Below are positions 49,590-53,803 of a stretch of DNA of 53,803 nt, one piece after another. Source of the stretch: Catajapyx aquilonaris. Lineage: Eukaryota. The position numbers were made by a program, and so were the translations under genes. Every line of letters starts with the position of its first letter. Position 1 is the first letter of the stretch. The notes under the pieces are model-generated. The model did not search any database. It was not told where the DNA came from and saw only the letters and a list, made by a program, of their open reading frames with translations. The stretch lies in contig JYFJ02002620.1 in the NCBI GenBank assembly GCA_000934665.2, positions 1 through 53,803 of the forward strand, given 5' to 3'.

Positions 49590-49892
49590 ATCATAGATGA
49601 CCAAGACCTGCGCCGCCACTTCCGAATTTCCACCAGACACCTGAGAACCACAATTAAGCCTCTACTCTGCATGATGCCCCTTCGCCTCACCAACGGATGG
49701 AACAGGATCCAGTTGGACCTAGAGAACTTGACTCGCCGTGCATTCGGTACCAGATACACACGGACCCTGCGAGTGCAGATTCACGCCAACTGCCGAATCC
49801 GCCTCGTGTACTTCGCAGACAGGATCTACACGGACGAGGAGTTGCCTGAGAATTTCAAGGTCTTCTTGCCTGAGACGCAGCCTGCTAAGTAA
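49590..49892 (+). CDS. CFAP20-like: CFAP20-like gene, coding exon 3 (100 codons plus stop)
   Basis: TCTCCACAG acceptor, IIDDQDLRRHFR...GWNRIQ...TLRVQIHANCRIRLVYFADRIY...AK*, the hallmark CFAP20/BUG22 motif. Confidence 0.95.
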   Translation: MIDDQDLRRHFRISTRHLRTTIKPLLCMMPLRLTNGWNRIQLDLENLTRRAFGTRYTRTLRVQIHANCRIRLVYFADRIYTDEELPENFKVFLPETQPAK

Positions 49893-50075
49893 ATACGAGG
49901 TGGCCCGGCCTGCAAAAAAAATATATCTACGGACAGGACTCTAAAGACTATGCCCATGCTCTTCGCACATGCTCTGAAAGAAAAACCGGCATATAAAATT
50001 TGTTTGTGCTTGTGAAATAACCTCCCCCCTTCCTAGAAGGGCACCCGTTTGACGCTTACACCCATTATCTTTAGT

Positions 50076-50081
50076 AATAAA
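50076..50081 (+). terminator. Candidate polyadenylation signal of the CFAP20-like gene
   Basis: First AATAAA after the stop codon. Confidence 0.55.
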
Positions 50082-50123
50082 GGTGACACAAATTCAGAAC
50101 GGCTAATATATTATTCTAAGTGA

Positions 50124-50416
50124 AGGGGGCATGGTGGTCTAGTGGCCAAGCGGAAGGTCCGGGGTTCAAACCCGTCTCCGTCACCTCTGCTTGGTCGGGT
50201 CTTTTTACGCTTTTCACCCGACATGTCCGGGCAGATTCACACTCCCTACTCTGCCTAGGGCTAAGAGAAAAGGTCTGGTGCTTTGAGGGTCTGCAATGAC
50301 TAGAAACTACTTAAGAGCGCTATCCATTGGGAGCCTCTCCTTCCCTACACGTCCGTGAACCAGGGCGTTGCTACGAAAACATAAGTGTGTATGTAAAAAG
50401 TTGTAAAATAAATAAA
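50124..50416 (+). mobile_element. SINE family D
   Basis: TGGTCTAGTGG and GGTTCAAACCC boxes, A-rich end, homologue at 37030-37252. Confidence 0.75.
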
Positions 50417-51153
50417 GGTCCGTGCAATACCGAGAAGGTCAGCACTACCAAATATTATTATTATATTATTATAATAATAATATTATTTTAAGTCTTAAGA
50501 GTCATTTCTTGTAAAAGCAGTTTTTGTGCAACAACCACGTTGAAGGAAGATTCCTTGTGGAGATGTTCCAATAAAGTTCAGCGAGCAAACTGTTGTTGTG
50601 TTGTGATGGCATAGCTCAAGTAAATTAAGAAGCTTAAGTCACAGGTAATGAGGAGTGACGCACAAAGGCAAAGAACGAGGATTTATATTTTAATGTAAAC
50701 GAAAACTACCACACAACCCGAATGTATAGCAAAGCACAGAAGGGATACAGTGATATCATGTGCAGACCAGATTCCCTTCCATGGGCTTCCCTAAGCCGGA
50801 TCCACAACAGTCTTAGGGGAATGTCTACAGAGCGATTACACATCCTCTTGAGAGCCGGATTTAGGAAGGGGATTCAAGCTGTTTGCTATGATGATGGCTA
50901 GAAAACTAGTCAACAGGCTTCAAGAAGGCTTTGGAAGGACTAGCCCAAGACTTGTGTACTCTACAATACACTGTCTTTTATACACTAGAACTTAATTGAC
51001 TCGTTCCATATTCTTCGACTTAACATGTCCGTGTCAAGCAGGATGTGCCTTATATGCATTCGCTTTTTCTTAGACGTTGAATGCATATTATATTAATTTC
51101 ATCTATTGGAATTACTGCGAAAAATTTAGCAATGAATTAACTGTAGTTCTGTT

Positions 51154-51375
51154 GGGGAAGGCGTGGTGGCCGAGATGGTAACGTCTCGGCTTGCTGTGCG
51201 GAAGGTCCCGGGTTCGGTCCCCGCCCTGGAGCCCCCTTTCGCCTGCATCGGGAGGGTCTCTGACCCTCACCTTGGAGGTGTCTAGCAACCTAGCTTCCTG
51301 GGGGACTGCACATGGCCTACACATATTTACAACGCACTTGCACCCGTGTCCTGTCCCCAAAAATCCCAATCCTTA
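51154..51375 (+). mobile_element. SINE family C (3' end uncertain)
   Basis: TGGCCGAGATGG and GGTTCGGTCCC; body matches the reverse complement of 33095-33320. Confidence 0.8.
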
Positions 51376-51684
51376 CCTGGCCAGACCCCTGGATAGACTG
51401 GCCACAGAACTCCTGGAGTTGGGTTTATCCCACACCGGGAAAAAATGGGATTAATTTTCAGCCGGATATTCTACTGGGATTCCAATGGAGTTGGGTTGTT
51501 TCCATCACGGTACACCTTCCCCATACTATAAGGCACCCCTTTCGCCTGTAATATAAATGCCGGTGACATTTTGGAGTTGGGGCCTTTCCATAATGGGTAA
51601 TGGGTGCACCGCGATGCTATGAAATATTCTCCCATCTCTTCAAGTTGATTCAAGCAAAATAATAACTTCCTAGTATTATCATGT

Positions 51685-52665
51685 GGACGGTGTTATGCAA
51701 CAAGGAACCAACCCTCAAAATTAAAAAAGCCAGTAATTATTTTTTTACGGATTGCCAAAGAAACGCATTGAAATCTGCAAAAAAGATCCAAGCCATATCC
51801 TCGATGAGGTGCCTGAGGAGTACCAGGGAGTACCACTCCCAGGTGTACACCGGAGTACCGAAGTGATTACCCCCTTGCTCAAACCAAGACGGCAGCGTAC
51901 ACGGAAACGTACACGGGGGCGACCATCTGCTACTCGGACATTTGAGGTATCGGAGGAGAACCTATTGTGGCCCAGTGGACGGCGACCTCTTTCAACTGAA
52001 AAGGTGAAGGACCTACAGTCTATGATGTACTTGATACCACACAAGGAGTACTATCAAGAACTCATTCCGGCTGCTCATGTTGAAGATGACATTGACGGGT
52101 TTGGACATGTTGACTTCGAATTTAAATAAAGATGTAGACTTGTGACCAAGATAATTAAAAAATAATGTTACACTTTGTTTACTAATATTGACAAAGTGTC
52201 ACATTATTTTTTAATGATCTTGGTCACACCAGGTCACCCGTCTACATTTTTATTCAAAGTCGAAGTCAACATGTAATGCCATCTGTAATTTGAATATATT
52301 TAAGTTGGATTCTATAAAAGGAGTGTAAATTAAAACTACTGGAGTTAAAATGTGGCAATGCTATAATTATACCGGAATTATTCGTAAAAAAATGAGGGTT
52401 GGTTCCTTGTTGCATATTGGTTGTCGAGACAACCAATATGCAACAAGGAACCAACCCTCATTTTTTTTACGAATAATTCCGGTATAGCATTGTCACATTT
52501 TAACTCCAGTAGTTTTAATTTACACTCCTTTTATTTAATAGAATCCAACTAAAAATATATTCAAATTACAGATGGCATTATTATTTTTATTTGTGATTAT
52601 GTTTACACTTTAATTGCTCAGAATGTGTGTGCTGAGGGTTGGTTCCTTGTTGCATAACACCGTCC
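51685..52665 (+). mobile_element. Sola1-like deletion derivative with transposase C-terminal remnant
   Basis: 33-bp perfect TIR GGACGGTGTTATGCAACAAGGAACCAACCCTCA, TSD ATGT, remnant RPLSTEKVKDLQSMMYLIPHKEYYQEL. Contains half of a 148-bp MITE (51806-51877). Confidence 0.8.
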
Positions 52666-52783
52666 ATGTAATGTGCTCTTAAACTCGAAATAGCAATGCA
52701 GTACATAACTACTGATTCATAATACGGTACAGTTGAGTGGCAAAATTTCGACTAATAAATAGGATCGTTCAACAAGAACTGAA

Positions 52784-52784
<1 letters not shown>

Positions 52785-52851
<67 letters not shown>
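52785..52851. repeat. (ATT)n microsatellite
   Basis: Seen directly. Confidence 0.95.
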
Positions 52852-53460
52852 GCTAGTGTAATCACGAGGCAGTATTTGTCTTGCAACGTGTGAACATCAT
52901 CTGCATCATTTAGCATGTTTGTGTGGATTGTGCTGTACTGTAGTGTCCTGCACCTGTCAATATAGGTAAGCGGCGGTATGTGTGTCAAGCAAGGTGAAGG
53001 GGCGTCCTTTGGAAGTCCCACACGCCCTCCAATTAGAGCCGGGGATGGGAAAGGACATCAAACTAAAAGGGTTGGGTTGGGCGGTGTAATTTATTTGGCC
53101 CCAAACTGTAGACTTTGGTTGTAAACATTAGAGGTACACTCTACTACTCGATCAGTGTGTGTGGTTTGGGCAATGCCCGTCCGGACTGTTTGTAAATTTA
53201 CGTTCTGGGGCAGTGCTTACTCAGTAACTTCCTAATTGTCCGCATCGAAGTGTTCGTTGCATCCGTCCTCCCCTCGGCTCCTCTTCCATTCCCCGCCCCA
53301 CCCCTCACTTTCTACCCCTCTTTCCCATCAGCCAATACCTGCATTAACTGCTCTGAAGGAGATTCAAATCATGATCATTCTGGCCTATTTCATACCTGTT
53401 CTCAGCTCACAATCACACTCATTAAATCTCTCAGTTAGAAGTGACAAATATTGCCATATA

Positions 53461-53803
53461 CGAGGGCAAGTCAAAAAGTAACCTTAAAATGGCAGTATAA
53501 AACCAACATCGCGTAGTAGACCATTTTCCTGCTAAAGTAGCATGCTTTCACAGGTCAGCTGCCAGTGTGCGCAGGCGCGTCGGTCTGATTGAAAGTGTGA
53601 CGTCAGAGAAGCACAATCAAGATGGCCGCCCCCTTGGACGCCTGCACCAAAGAGGAGCAGCGGGGGGTTATCAGATTTTTGAGTAGTGAAGGTGTGAAAC
53701 CAGCAGACATCCATCACAGGATGCAGAGGCAGTATGGGAGCTCCTGTCTGTCCCTTCAGCAGGTGTATGAATGGCACAGGAAGTTCAAAATTGGGGTCTC
53801 AAG
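53461..53803 (+). mobile_element. 5' end of a mariner transposon, running off the window
   Basis: TA-CGAGGGCAAGTCAAAAAGT TIR-like start followed by the transposase start. Confidence 0.88.
53622..53803 (+). CDS. Mariner transposase N-terminal HTH (partial, open to window end)
   Basis: MAAPLDACTKEEQRGVIRFLSSEGVKPADIHHRMQRQYGSSCLSLQQVYEWHRKFKIGVS. Confidence 0.88.
   Translation, partial: MAAPLDACTKEEQRGVIRFLSSEGVKPADIHHRMQRQYGSSCLSLQQVYEWHRKFKIGVS

Noticed and set aside
51752..52129. 125-aa host gene
   Set aside because: Chimera of a MITE half and a transposase tail inside a TIR element.

Overview
Repeat-saturated eukaryotic DNA, most likely from a large-genome insect (inferred from the transposon families and CCTAA/TTAGG repeats). 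Most of the window is nested non-autonomous DNA transposons (Tc1/mariner-, piggyBac-, Kolobok-, Sola-, Harbinger- and P/hAT-like, many of them long palindromes), at least five tRNA-derived SINE families, and micro/minisatellites. One intact host gene is recognisable: a 3-exon, 198-aa, unusually divergent CFAP20/BUG22-family gene (48021-49892, +) with an RFX X-box-like motif upstream. The most unusual object is a 2.55-kb non-autonomous LTR retroelement (13219-15770, TSD TATG). Its 5' end carries an almost complete antisense copy of mature tRNA-Lys(CTT), including CCA, with a single substitution exactly at the m1A58 position, joined to an extra R-U5 copy. This reads as a fossil of primer read-through and template jumping. 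Family assignments are by eye from termini, TSDs and remembered motifs; no searches were run.
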